Source: Lytechinus pictus (lineage: Eukaryota). Taken from it: a stretch of 64,000 nucleotides of DNA. The translations under genes and the position numbers were made by a program. The stretch is from positions 21,330,001 through 21,394,000 of the forward strand of contig NC_087252.1 in NCBI RefSeq assembly GCF_037042905.1, written 5' to 3'. Under the pieces are notes generated by a model that was not told where the DNA came from, did not search any database, and saw nothing but the letters and a program-made list of their open reading frames with translations. Shown one piece after another: positions 38,882 to 52,029 of the stretch (position 1 is the first letter of the stretch; each line of letters starts with the position of its first letter).

Positions 38882-40332
38882 TTAACATTACTATCACCGT
38901 CTCGTTTAGATATCTGATTACACTCTATCACAGACCCAAACATACATACCCTACCCACACTCTTCCACCCCCCCCCCTCTCTCTCTCTCTCTCTTTCATC
39001 ATGGACCGACTACAATGCTCTCATAGATACATCTACACATACACTCACTTCAACCTTAGTAGATCCATGTTTCAACCAACGTGATTACGTTGTTTCCAAT
39101 ATAATAATTCAATTAAAAAGAGTAGATAATTCCTTGCTCAATGAAATTTGGCAGGGCATCGAACCCGGACCTAAATATGTTTAGTCGAGACCACCTGATC
39201 GTGGCCCCTCCACCTACAAACAAGTGCAACCTCGTTACGCGCACGCACACACACGCTCAGTAAGCATGCTTTGGTTTCAGATGGAACCTCCTTGCTCTCA
39301 TTCACCCACACCCACAGAATACAGGCACTCAAACCCACTCCCACACCCAGAGTACACGCGCACTCTAGCTCACTCCTATCCCACAATACACACGCACTCA
39401 AATTCTACTCCCACACCCACAAGTCGCACACACGCATCTCAAACTACTCCCACACACACACACACACCAAATCCATTTTCATCCCGCTTCTCCGTTCATC
39501 ACCTTTTTCTCGCATCTCTCCTCCCTTCCTCCTCCATCTTCGCAACGCATCCTTCGCTGGCAGCCTAGAGTATCCATCACAATGCGATATCATACCTGGC
39601 AAAGATATATCTTATTATCGCCCCGGGCCACATTATACCACGATATTACACGCATATTATACCACCAATCACGATTTTTTTTCTTTTTCCATTTTTTCCT
39701 CCATGCTTACCATACACCGAAGTGTCTTGGCGTGACTCATGATTATCAATTTTCAATCATGTTCATTCCTTTTTCCCCTTTTTTTAGGCATTTTGTGATT
39801 TTTTTTCATTAGTAACGGCGAGAATTCCATCATGTTTAGAATATGAATTCAGGGGGAGGGGGTAAAATGAGCACAAAAGCCCCTTTAGTGGATCTTCTTT
39901 TTATTTCGTTTGTTCGATTTTTTTGGACAGGAAACACAGGGAAGTGCCACTAATGTGGTGATCATTGATATTTTTATTTTATTTTTATTGCTCATCAGAA
40001 CAGTTCACTACTCATCCAACTCCAGCCTCACCCCCTCCCCACCCCCCTCTAGTTCCCTCGACATACATTCTTGTAATAATACAATTGAATATGTCCCCCT
40101 TTTATTATTATTATTATCAATATCATTATAAATATTATTATCATGATCATTACGTATTAGCATGGACATGGTGTTACTTTAATATTATATACATTACATT
40201 CACCCCCCCTCTCTCACTCTCTGCTTTTTTTTTACCCCCCCCCCCCCCCCATTCTTCCCTCTTTCCTCCATCTCTCTAAAGCTTACATTTTCTCTCTACT
40301 TCTAATAATTTGTTTAACGCTCACTGCATCTT

Positions 40333-40745
40333 TACGGAGCCTTTAAAATGCCATCGACTTGACGACTTGGCGAGATACTTCATCTTGCCATGTCGACATG
40401 ATAACCTTATTATGCCGACATGGCGAGATACGTTATCTCGCCAAGTCGACTTCTAAAAAGTTATATGTGGACGTGGCGAGAGTCCAAATATCTCGCCAAT
40501 TTGACATATAACTTTTTATAAGTCGACTTGGCAAGATAAAATATCTCGCCATGTTGACATATAACTTTTTATAAAGCAACTTGGCGAGATAAAGTATCTC
40601 GCCTTGTCGACATATAACGTTTTATCAGTCGACTTGGCGAGATACCGTATCTCGCCATGTCGACATAATAAGGTTAATATGTCGACATGGCAGGAAAAAG
40701 TATCTCGCCAAGTCGTCAAGTCGATGGCACTTTAAAGGCTCCGTA
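40333..40745. mobile_element. Fully palindromic MITE, TA termini, 6-bp TSD
   Basis: TACGGAGCCTTTAAA...TTTAAAGGCTCCGTA with long inverted arms and internal ATCTCGCCA.GTCGAC repeats; CATCTT at 40327-40332 and 40746-40751. Confidence 0.9.
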
Positions 40746-43653
40746 CATCTTTATGAAATCTACATTACTAATCAAGTTTCATCAATCATTTATATGCTTT
40801 TATCATCTATCACAATCATTCTCGCGTATTTACTGTGGGGGTGGGGGGGGGGGGTCAATGAAGGAACGTGCAACCATGCACTACGTTAATTTTGTATATC
40901 TGCTGTCTTCCCTTTAATGACGGGAAAGGGTATTTGGAAAACTTTTCTGAAAATTTATTGATATTCTTTTAATATTCATCTATTCTATAAAAAAAACTTT
41001 TCACATATCATGCGGATGCAGCTGTCTCCCGGTACAAAATGAAAACAAATAGGTGCCCTCAAAACAGGACGAGATAAATTAGTTCAAACAGATCAGTATA
41101 ATGTCTTGATCTACTTTACCTACCTAACCGTAACCCAACTCAATTGTGTCTTTATATTGATCTAACCACCTGGAAAACAATGAATATGATATAAATCGGA
41201 CATGGGTTGTTACGAGACGAGGAGATTCGATTTAAGGAAAACAATAACCAGATTATGTTGGAGAGGATTCGGGGGGGGGGGTAGGGAATATTGAACTTAA
41301 AACTGTAGGTAGATTAACACTAGCATCAAAATAATATTTTTGTATATTTCCATTTATGCTCAATATTATACTGTTTTTTGTTTTACGAAGTAAGAATGCT
41401 CGTCTGTAAAATTGTACTTGATTTGTATTACTTTATATTACTTTGTATTATGTTTTGAATGGAAATGGAATAAAGAATTGAATTGAATTGAAAATATATA
41501 ATTATGATATCGATGTTTTGACTCAATTAAATCATATCTGTTATTATGGTTTGTATAGAGACGAAGGAGTTATGTTAGTTTATTTAGACTGTATTATATA
41601 AGATTGGTTTACAGAGAAAGAATTCATCAAAGTTCTTTAAGTGAAATAGACCTAAGGCCCTATTTTTTTACGGATAGCTATATGTAAATATCAATTAAAA
41701 AAAGTGGAACTAAACTAAGAAGAGAAAGGGCAAGGAACAATAACTCGAAACAAAAAGTAGATAGAGAAAGAGAGAGAGTAGGAGAGAGAGAAAGAGAAGA
41801 CAGATTTAGAGTGGGCATGTGATAGAGAGGGAGGGGGATGAAAAGAAAAGTGAATATGTTAACTCCGAAGAAAGACGACATAAAACGAACATTACACCAC
41901 CCAACCCTTCTAACTCAAAACCGTCAAGTGCGTGTAAAAGATCAGCTAAAAGCAGGATCGCATCAAATTATATTTTTCTTTCTCCATGCCATATCTCAAC
42001 CTCTCGTCTGTACAATGGATAATATAAAGAATATCGGTAAGATATATCGGTTGAAACACTCGCGCGGGTATTACACGCCGCGATCGCTTACAGCGAATCG
42101 ATTTCACTCTCGAGAAAAAGCGCGCGAAGCGTGTCGATTTCGAAGATGCCCGTAAGATTCACTTGGAATTTGGTGGCATATTTAATTGTGATGATAATGG
42201 TATAATTAGTTTTTGCTTGGGTTTATATGCACGAATGTGTTGTATCATTAGGTTTGATTTATGAAAATATCAATGCGTCGGAGCACCGGTTTTTAAGAAG
42301 ATTTAATTGACTTGTTCACATTAGCTGAGTTTCGAAAGTTAGACAAGCACTGTAAAAAGATTTAAGGGAGATTTATTTTGAGACTGGTTTATATCCGTTC
42401 ACGAAATACATGTACAACCAAAGTGATGTAATAATACAGAAGCAAAGTATCACCAAGAGTTGCAGACTCGATCATCATAATACATAATCATTATAATTTT
42501 AGCATCTAAAGAATACGCCGGAACAGAGTCGGACAAAAGTGACTTTGTCTAAATAATCAACATTAAATAGAGGAAGTAAGTGGGCAAATTGCACATGCTA
42601 TGGACACCAATACCTGATTGAAACCAAGTTTACAAAGCATTTGAGGCTTGCTTTATGTTTTGTTTCTTATTATTTAAAAAAGAAGAACAAATAGGCCCAG
42701 CACCCCTTGAAACAAGAACCCTCGCGCGGCGCGATCTCAATATCCAGGGATATTGTCATGCGATCGACATCTCACCGTGGCTACCTACGAGTATGTAAAA
42801 TAGCCCCACCTTTGTTGAGAAATTGTTAATTTGTGATTGGTACGCCATAGCATAGCTGCGGGCGTAACAAATGCGTGCATTATATGAGATTAGTATGTAT
42901 CTATGCTAAATTCATTAAATCCATGTTCCTAGCCGGCGGATATAGATTGTGTATAGACATGACAGACATGTACTTTCGTATCTTATGGCGCCCCTTTAAA
43001 GGCGGGTTCGAAAAGCTTGAAACAAATAGTTGTCAAACGAAAAAAAATATTAGAATTAAAGTTGGTACATAGTTATTTACAATGAGTAACGAAGTGGGCC
43101 AAATATTTTGAGGGGCATGCGCATGGGGCGAACTTTAAGAGAAGCCGCGAGCGAGCAAAATTTTTGAACTAACATAAAATCAATTTTTTATATATATTTG
43201 GACACAATTATTCAAAACGTGTCATTATATTTCTCCGATTTCCTTTCCTTTTCTTTCTTTTCTCATGTGTTTTCTCGGTGGTGAAAAGTTTGGGGTCGAT
43301 GTCTCCCAAGCCTGTGATTAACAAAGGCGGATGGGGTTGAAAATAAATGAATGGAAATGGGGCTTGTACTAAAAAGTCATTAGAAGGCTTGAAACATTAT
43401 TTGATTGCCAATTAATGTGTTACCTATCAACTACCTGTTATTTTCAGTGGTATTTTGAGTATTCATGTGATAAATCTATTTTTAATGCATAATCGTTCTT
43501 GTTCAAACCTTTAAGTTACCACCCCGCGGCCCTATGTAGGCGCATGACTCCAATTGGGTTATCCATTTTGGTTTTCTTCTCAATATTCCCCCCCCCCCCT
43601 CCTTGGTTTATTTCCTTTTGGTAACATTATTCATTTAAATCAGCCTTCCAAAC

Positions 43654-43798
43654 CAGGGGAGCGTTTCATGAAAGAAATAGTCAGTGATTGTTCACGTACG
43701 AATTTGCTCTGAGCCAATCAGATGCAAGGATTTTCGGTAGCTTATAACAATAGCAGGTGAAATTCACTGACTGTTGTGTTTCGTGAAAGGTACACCGG
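43654..43798. mobile_element. Short MITE (family shared with 16191-16565)
   Basis: Imperfect arms GGGGAGCGTTTCATGAAA...TTTCGTGAAAGGTACACC and inner AGTCAGTGA/TCACTGACT. Confidence 0.6.
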
Positions 43799-44182
43799 AT
43801 GTGAAGTGTTGGCATGTGATTCTGCGAAGGTGTGTTCCAGTTACCTAGTTTTTTAATTAGTAACAAAAGAAAATCACCGGAGGCGGGGAGGGCGGGCTGG
43901 CTGCATTATCTGTGTTTTTGGTAAAAAGGTGATGGGGAGGGGTGAAACGGGAAGGGGGAGGATGAGGATGGATTGACGATGCAAGGAGGGGGGGGGGGTG
44001 GGAATCGATTAATTTGAAACATTACAACGTGAGAGTAACATTAAATCTTAATGGTTTGGATTTTAGATTTATCCAGGGAAAAATGAGGTTAGTGAACAAT
44101 TGAATTCTGGACTTTAATTGAACCCTTAAGATTTATTTTTAAATAATATATAATACTGGTGTAATGTTCATTTGGATATATA

Positions 44183-44460
44183 TTTCCTTTTAAACTATTC
44201 ATTTAAATAGATTTAAGCTCAACTTTTACATGTTGTATTTGTGTTTTGTTTACATTGTTCATACAAATATGTAATAGGAGGCTGCATTCTACAAGCTTCG
44301 CTTTTTTAGCAGCCTCCTCCGTTTCCGACCTGTTATCTTAATTATTACATATAATAAGTTTCTTTGTTTTATTGATTATATCAAGATGTATGTAACAAAA
44401 CTTATTGTAAATGATTGTTGGAAATGGAAAAATAAATGAAATGAAATGAATGAAATGAAA
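44183..44460 (+). mobile_element. LINE 3' UTR fragment with (TGAAA)n tail
   Basis: Hairpin GGAGGCTGC...GCAGCCTCC (44277-44317), AATAAA, then (TGAAA)n; interrupts one unit of a local tandem duplication. Confidence 0.6.
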
Positions 44461-45019
44461 TAGAGTCAGATTTTTGTACTTTCCATTAAAACAAAAATCT
44501 TCAGAATGTGGATGACTTAACTCAATTTAACGTAAAATTCTGGACTTCAATTGTACCCTTAAGATTTATTTTTAAATAATATCTATTTCTGATATAATAT
44601 TCATTTGGATAATATATAGAGTCAGATTTTTGTACTTTCCATTAAAACAAAAATCTTCACAGAATGAATGTGGATGACTAAACTCAATTGAACGTTGGCA
44701 GACGAACATTGAAGTAAGACTTGTGTTAATGTTTCAATTTTTAGATAAGAATGTGATTCAATAAATCATCGGGGAGCATAGCTTTGGGATGGGGTGGGAA
44801 TGTTTAAAAGCAGCAAGAAGAAAGGATAATGACATCTGTAATGGGGTAATAATAGAATGTGATATTCCCAGATCATCAATTAATCTACATTAAGCATTCT
44901 CTGCACGATTGCATACAATCCGCACCTAGAGGGGGGGGGGGGGGGGATCAGTGAATGATTTGCAGAGGGGGGAACCAGGGGAAAATGCTACATGGGGTTA
45001 AAGAAAGGCGCACCGTTAA

Positions 45020-45470
45020 AGGGGAAGTTCACCTCGTAGAAAAGTTTGTTGTAAAAATAGCAAAAAAAAATAATAACATATATTGGTGAAGGTTTGAGGA
45101 AATCCATTAAAGATGACGAAGATTAAGGAAGTTATCAAAAAGTTAAATGTTTTATTTGTGACGTCATAAACGAGCAGCTGCCCCATATGTAATGTAATAT
45201 AAAATGTATGATTTTTTTATGGTTTGTGATGACTTTTTTTATATACTGAAGGTACAATAAAAACCGTTTTCAATTTTCTGAGAAAATGATATTTCATTGA
45301 TCATACGATATGTGGGAAAGCTGCTCGCATATGGACGTCACAAATCAAATAATTAAAATTCTAGTAACTTTTTTATTCTTTGATGTATTTTTCTCGAACC
45401 TTCACCAATATTTTTTATTATTTTCCCCGCTATTTTTACAATAAACTTTGTGTCAGAGTAAACTCCCCTT
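45020..45470. mobile_element. Kolobok-like MITE (TTAA TSD), diverged
   Basis: TTAA|AGGGGAAGTTCACC ... GAGTAAACTCCCCTT|TTAA; long imperfect inverted arms. Confidence 0.75.
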
Positions 45471-45817
45471 TTAAGTGTTAAGGGTGGGGTCCTTACTGAA
45501 ACTCAGTGGCGTAATAAGCCCAAAAAATTGAGGGGATGAGAACAAATGTGTATTGGACAAACTTTCATAATTGCCGCCAACGAGCAAAGTTAGTGAGCAA
45601 AAATAGTTTTTTAGATATAAAAATCTGCCCGTGTACACTGAGTGAAAAATTTGTACAGTTTCCTTGTAAAAACTTTTAGTAAAGAGTATCGATATAAACG
45701 AAAGTGTAGGATCATGCTTTGATTCCAACGATTTTTTTTCCTACGGTGTGGGGCGGGGAGTGTGAGGGGGTGGGGGTCTCCGATCTCCACCACTGCGTAT
45801 AAGATGGGAATTGTATC

Positions 45818-46135
45818 CAGTGGCGTACCTAGGATTTGCCACAGGGGGGGCAAAACCGCCCGCCAAAAAAATTGACAAGCAATAAAAAAAAAAGAAAAAA
45901 AAAAAGGGCTTCGATCACAAATAAAGGATTCCGTACCAGAAAAAATTGACAAGCAAAAAAAAAAAAAAGAAAAAAAAAAAAAAAAAAAAAAAAAGGTCTT
46001 CAAGCTCGTCAGGGGGGGGGGGGAAACAGGTTTTTCAAGCCCGTCAGGTGGGGCAAAGATACGTCTTTTGCATTGGTTGTGACTCGTCAGGGGGGGGGCA
46101 GAGTGCCCCCCTGCCCCCCCGTAGGTACGCTAGTG
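45818..46135. mobile_element. hAT-like MITE with 8-bp TSD
   Basis: TIR CAGTGGCGTACCTA / TAGGTACGCTAGTG; exact TSD ATTGTATC at 45810-45817 and 46136-46143. Confidence 0.85.
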
Positions 46136-46435
46136 ATTGTATCATTATGGAAAGACAAACATCCAGACATAGTCGAGTGTGTGTGTGTGTGGGGGGGGGG
46201 GGGTTCCGATCCATCCAGAACTCCGTCACTGCGTTTAAGATGGAAATTGTAACATTGTCGAAAGCCAGAAATCTAGTGGAATATGGAAATTGTAACAGTG
46301 TTGAAAGACAGACAGACATCGAGTGGAGGATACCGATTACCAGCTTCAGACGGTGGGCGATGAGTAAGCCATTCATATGCAAATGAGTTGGTGTCACCCC
46401 GAAAATAATGTTACGAGCCAAAATCACCATCTTCA

Positions 46436-46551
46436 TGCCCAGTCACAACAACGAAACCGACTCCATACCGATCAAAGCTATTAAGTTATTTTCAATGGCA
46501 TGTCATCGGTCGGTTTGGAGTCGGGTCGCATTGGTGTGACTGTCAGCATTA
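46436..46551. mobile_element. Short hairpin MITE (sister of 37058-37169)
   Basis: CAGTCACA...AAACCGACTCCATACCGA / TCGGTTTGGAGTCGG...TGTGACTG. Confidence 0.6.
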
Positions 46552-46775
46552 AACATCGCGAGGTGTAATATCATCGCTGTTCAACACTCGATGGTGTTAA
46601 AATTACACCACACGTTAAAAATGGGGTGTTATAATTGACACCGGTTGGTGTCCCATGAGGACCAAACACTGAGGTATTAAAATAACACCCTAGATATTGA
46701 ACATAACACCATAGAGTGTAGAAGCAACCATCAAAGGTTTTGTAATAACATTAATTGGTGTTGGTGCTCAACATA

Positions 46776-47020
46776 CAATCTAAAAAATATTGGGTAAAAA
46801 ATTAATGTTCCATGATGGTAATCACTGTGTCCAACCAACATTTGGCGTTTCTTTTGGGCATTTTTGTTTTTCCAGTGTGATGAAAATTTTGCCCATTTTA
46901 AAGTAATTGCTTCTTGTCTTAATATGCTTCCCGCATTGGGTAAAATACTGCCCCAAATTGGTTGGACACATTATTACCCTCGTGCTGGTTAAAATTATAC
47001 CCCACATTTTGTTTACAGTG
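46776..47020. mobile_element. CACT-type MITE nested in an older AACACC-rich repeat
   Basis: TA|CAATCTAAAAAA ... TTTTGTTTACAGTG|TA; the host resembles 48904-49122. Confidence 0.5.
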
Positions 47021-47091
47021 TACAGTGTACACTAATGTTTTAATAAGTGCCAGAATTTTCATATATGCCTTCATGTCTGGGGCATACGCTA

Positions 47092-47255
47092 TGGAGGGTT
47101 GAGGGCACAGTGGATTAGTCTCCGGACTTTGAAAGAGAGGATGATGGGTTCGAATCTCAGCCATGGCGTGATATCCTTCAGCAAGAAGTTGATCAATGAT
47201 GTGCTGCACTCATCCCATGTGAGGTAAATGGGTACCTGGCAGGAATATTTTCCTT
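47092..47255 (+). mobile_element. tRNA-derived SINE copy
   Basis: B-box GGTTCGAATCT; core GTGCTGCACTCATCCCATGTGAGGTAAATGGGTACC. Confidence 0.78.
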
Positions 47256-47431
47256 TAAACGCATGAGGGTGTTACAGCTGCTCTGCTAAAGTTGAATAAA
47301 AGAAAAGATACAAGAGTTTCTTGGACACTACTTTTCCGGACTGCTTGGAAGTTTCACTGAGATTACACAGTATGCACATTTCATGCTTGAGTGAACCCAA
47401 ACTTCAAACCTTGTTTTCTCCTTATATTTAA

Positions 47432-48024
47432 AGGGGAATCCAGCCTTGGCCATTAAATGTTGTGTTGGGAAGGAGAAAAATAAATTAAACAGAATGGTGA
47501 AAGTTTGAAAGAAATCGGACAAGCAATAAGAAAGTTATAGCTGCTTTAAAATTGAGATCACTAATACTATGTAGATTTCAAATTGGCAACTGGGTAAGTA
47601 AATTATGACAAGGGGCAAGGACAACTTTCCTATAGGCCATGTACTTTATTATCAGGGCTTTGTGGTTTTCTCTTAAGTACCCATTCCCCTGGGGCAGTAA
47701 TCTAAATATAACCCAGGTAGTATATTGTTTTATGTCCTCATGAAACAAAAATATAATTTGAAATAAAACTTTTGGAAAAATGACATTTTAGCCATAATAT
47801 GTATTGGAGTACATGGAAGAGTAGTCCTTGCCTTACATCATATGACATCCCATATGCGGCCCATTTGAAGTCTCCATGGGTATAGTGATTACCAATATTT
47901 ACAACTTTTAAAAATTCATAACTTTCTTGTTGTTTGTCCAATATTGTTCAAACTTTCACCTATCAACTTGTATGATTTTTCTTTTTCTTATGAAAACAAG
48001 TTTTTATTTGGGTTAGATTCCCCT
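47432..48024. mobile_element. Kolobok-like MITE (TTAA TSD)
   Basis: TTAA|AGGGGAATCCAGCC ... GGTTAGATTCCCCT|TTAA. Confidence 0.85.
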
Positions 48025-48220
48025 TTAAGCTCTTGCTGACATTTCTCTGCATTCAATCAAGTACTTGTAATGGTTATTGCTGGTCAATTTTAACATATTA
48101 TATATCAGTTTAAAGCTTAGGAAAATAATTTTCGAGCTCAATATTCATTTTGGTCGACTTATTGTTGGTTTGGGGGTGTCAGGTCACATATTTTTAAGAA
48201 TGCATGCAGTAATCATGGTT

Positions 48221-48383
48221 ATGGCGTCGCAAAAAGTGGTCTTATGGCCCAGAAGTTCTGACCTGACTCTCGCCTCTCAAATAAAGAGCCGTGGATTCAG
48301 GTTCTTTCAATGAGGAAATTGTGTCCACATTTTGCTGCTCTCTACCCAGGCGAGATGAATGGGTACCCATGCAGCAGGATTCT
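48221..48383 (+). mobile_element. Older, diverged tRNA-SINE copy directly upstream of a full copy
   Basis: Core CCACATTTTGCTGCTCTCTACCCAGGCGAGATGAATGGGTACC; decayed head. Confidence 0.55.
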
Positions 48384-48385
48384 TT

Positions 48386-48664
48386 GTGGAGTGTTGTGGC
48401 CCAGTGGATTAGTCTTCGGAATTTGATACAGAAGGTCGTGTGTTTGAATCCCAGCCATGGCGTAATTTCCTTCAGCAAGAAACTGATCCACAGTGTGCTG
48501 CACTCAACCCAGGTGAGGTAAATGGGTACCGGTAGGAAGTAATTCCTTAAAAAGCTGTGTGCGCTATGAACGCCTAGCTTAGCCGGGTAATATAGGAGCG
48601 CCTATAGCACCTAACAAGGTGGATATGTGCGCAATATAAATACCCTATACCCTATATTATTATT
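48386..48664 (+). mobile_element. Full-length tRNA-derived SINE with L2-like tail
   Basis: A-box TGGCCCAGTGG, B-box-like GTTTGAATCC, core ACCCAGGTGAGGTAAATGGGTACC, tail AGCGCCTATAGCACCTAACAAGGTG...TATTATTATT. Confidence 0.85.
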
Positions 48665-51121
48665 TGAATCGTTTTTTTAAAGAGACTCGAAAGCAAGGGA
48701 GTCGTGGGAGTGTAGCCATCGAACTTATAATGGGCAGTTTTGTATACATGTATTCTAAAGTGAAATTTGATGATTTATTGCACAATTTTGATAAATTTTG
48801 TGAAAGTTTTTTAAATAAAAATGTAAGTTTTAATAATAAACCTTTACGGCCATGCTTTGAATGGACTGAGCTAAAACCATCAGAGTAAATATTTGTTTGA
48901 TGTTCACTTGGAAAAAAATGGGGTGTCCAAACGGGCAGGTGTTAAAATTACACCTTAGAGATTGAACATAACACCAAAGAGTGTTAAAGTGAAAACAAAA
49001 AGTGTTGTAATAACACCATATGTGTTGAACTAACACCTAAAATGGATAACACCGGAGTATAACGAGTGTTATGCTCCTCTGTGTACACCAATCTATCAAC
49101 ACCACATATTTTTGTTTTGTGTATATAGATATCAAGCCTTTAAGTAGGCCTTAAAAATATTGACCGTCGGCTCAGCGTATATACAGGAATTAATTTTGCC
49201 TAACAGTCCGATTATGGGTATATGTTGTAGGTCCAAAGTCAGATTACATGAAAATGATGGATGTCTAAATTTTGAAATTATTTTTCCTCTCATTTGGGTC
49301 ATCAAATTGTCAGGATCTCTAGGAACCTGACAGCCAGCAATTTCACTCCCCGCCGCTCCTTATAAGCAATCGATATTGATTTAAATTTAAGTCATTTCGA
49401 AGCAATATTTTCACGGCTGACAAGTTTTAAGTTTTAGGAGAGTTTACCTTGAGGGCATTGGCACTTCTAGCGATTTTTTCCCTTTATAAAATCAGGAAAG
49501 AAAACATTAATGATATTGGTGACATCATGCGCTGGTCAACACTGTGATCGACGTGCTAGATAAACATTGAGGTTTTGAAAAAAGCCCAACCTCGTGCGCA
49601 TGGTCGGATACCCCCCCCCCCTCTTTCTTCCGAGGGAGCGTAACAATAAAAATCGATACTTCTGAGCGAATGGGTGAAAGTGATTCCTTGTCGTTGCTTT
49701 CTGTCCGTCTCTTTGTCATTTCTCTCTCCATTTGGTTTTTCTATTTTCTTGTCTTTCTTTATTATTATTAATATATATTTTTAAAACTAATATACTCCGA
49801 TTCCACATCTATACCAACTCTCGGATGCGAGGGGGTGTGTGTGTGGGGGGGGGGGGGGGCTGGTCCATTTGCCCCCCTCTCAATGTTTTATTTTTGTGCT
49901 TGTCAATATATTGCTATACAAATAATTTTATTTTTATATTGCTATGCACGAGTGGTGATAACCTTCTTATCTTTATCAATTTTTTCTCTCTCACTCCTCT
50001 TTTAAAGCTCCTTTTAGCCTACTGTCTCGTCTGCTGCCACTCTCCATTCACTCGCCTATTGAGCCTATATCTTTAACCTATCCAATCTCCATGATTTTAT
50101 TGCATTCGTCGGAATGCAAAAGTTTTATGCAAATTCCAAATCAACTCTACAAGGCAGAACCAAAAAAAAAAATCTTTTATACAGCACCTTCTTTTACACC
50201 ACCCGTTCCCCCTTTTTCCTCTCAATGAAACCTATTTTGCACTCCACATTTAGGAACGCATCTCACAGTGCCGCGCCATTAAAAGTTGAGAAGCGGAGAG
50301 AAGGTGATCGCCGTGCGTAATGGCTTTGTCGATTTCTAAGCGAGTAGCGCCTTAATTGGCAGGTCATGGGTTCAAGTCTCTCCATCGCCCTTCTCTGGAA
50401 CACCGCGTCCGAGACAAGACACAATGCCTCTCACCCATCCCCCAGGGGGCATGTCGGTCTGTCCAAGTGCTTTACCTCGGGTACCAAATCGTGCCAGCAA
50501 TAAGCTGTCAAAATGCCAATCCGGCTCCCAAACATCGATTTCAAACCCCGAGAGATTACAAATTCATAATTTCTCCCCGACCACAAATTGCGATAGACTT
50601 TTATTTGTATCCCGCTAAAAAGCATTTCGATTGGGGATGAATTAATCATCTTTGTAAGATATAAATCTGGTTTTGTTTGAAACGCATTGCGCAGAATAGG
50701 TTTGCTTGTAGGAGATAACTTGATGCGCGTTTTATTTTTGGTCGTGATTGTGGTCAGATATTGGGGATGGATAATGGTTTTATTACAACCCGGTGGCTTT
50801 GTAAAGTGGTTGGCGAAAACATTAAAACCTGTGGCGTCCATAATTCCCAGGATATTTACTAATGATGCTCCCCCCTTTTTTTTCTTAAATTGGATCAGTG
50901 ATGAAGACAGTAAAATGGCGTCTGCTTTTAACTCCTTTGAGAAGAAATTCATAATTGCGTTAGTCATATTTGCCGTCATGGAGTTTCAGCTGTTGTTTTT
51001 AATGAGAGTTAGACGTCGATGATGAAAACGTTGATTGTTGCAAGGGGCAGTGGCAGTTGCGGTGATACATGTGGCGGTTATGGCCATGATTGTCAGTGGT
51101 GTTGTTGATAGCGTTAATTAA

Positions 51122-51694
51122 AGGACAAGTCCACCCCGACAAAAAGTTGATTTGAATAAAAAGAGAAAAATCCAACAAGCATAACACTGAAAATTTCATC
51201 AAAATCGGATGTAAAATAAGAAAGTTATGACATTTTAAAGTTTCGCTTAAAGTTATATGCACATCCTGTCTGGTATGCAAATGAGGAGACTATGACGTCA
51301 TCCACTCACTATTTCTTTTGTATTTTATTACATGAAATATTCTAATTTTCTCCTCATTGTCAAGTGATACAACGATTAATTCCTCCCTGAACATGTGGCA
51401 TTAGCATTGTTTAATACTATATGTTTCAGTCAAGTTGGTCCTTATTGTCAAATCTATAAAAAATGAAATATTGTATAATTCAAACGATAAAAAACAAAAG
51501 AAATAGTGAGTGATGGACATCATCGACTGACTCACCTAGTTGTGCATATCACTGTTTTGTGAAAAATAAGCGAAACTTTAAAATGTCATAACTTTCTTAT
51601 TTTACATCCGATTTTGATAAAATTTTCAGCACTATGCTAGTTTGATTTTTCTCTATCTATTCAAGTAAGCATTTTCCTGGGGTGGACTTGACCT
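51122..51694. mobile_element. Kolobok-like MITE (TTAA TSD)
   Basis: TTAA|AGGACAAGTCCACCCC ... GGGGTGGACTTGACCT|TTAA; long inverted arms (ATCGGATGTAAAATAAGAAAGTTATGACATTTTAAAGTTTCGCTTA and its complement). Confidence 0.9.
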
Positions 51695-52029
51695 TTAATA
51701 GTGAGTCTTTACGCCGTGACGGACAACGCTTTACATAGAATACTAGTATGTATTGTCAAATGACCTTCATGACAAAGAATAGCCAACTAAATAAATCTTT
51801 GTCGAAAATTTATGAATCAAAATAGCAGTTTTGCAATATTTCGTCAACTCCGAAACTTAGGACGAAACTGCTGTTCCGGTGGACCCATTTTCGACGAAGA
51901 CCTCCCAGCTAATCATTGTCATTAGGCGGACATTTTCAATACATGTACTGTGTTCTAGAATTCGGTGTGAAAACTCCAAAACATTGATGATTATGACGAC
52001 AAAATTAATGTAGCCTTATTAAGAAAATA

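Noticed and set aside
45504..45794. Additional CAGTGG-terminated element
   Set aside because: Only a 6-bp terminal match and no TSD; probably a decayed G-tract MITE, but the boundaries are not supportable.
50431..50979. 182-aa minus-strand ORF (longest non-repeat ORF)
   Set aside because: No recognisable domain, runs through homopolymer tracts and has no clear splice context; likely a chance ORF.
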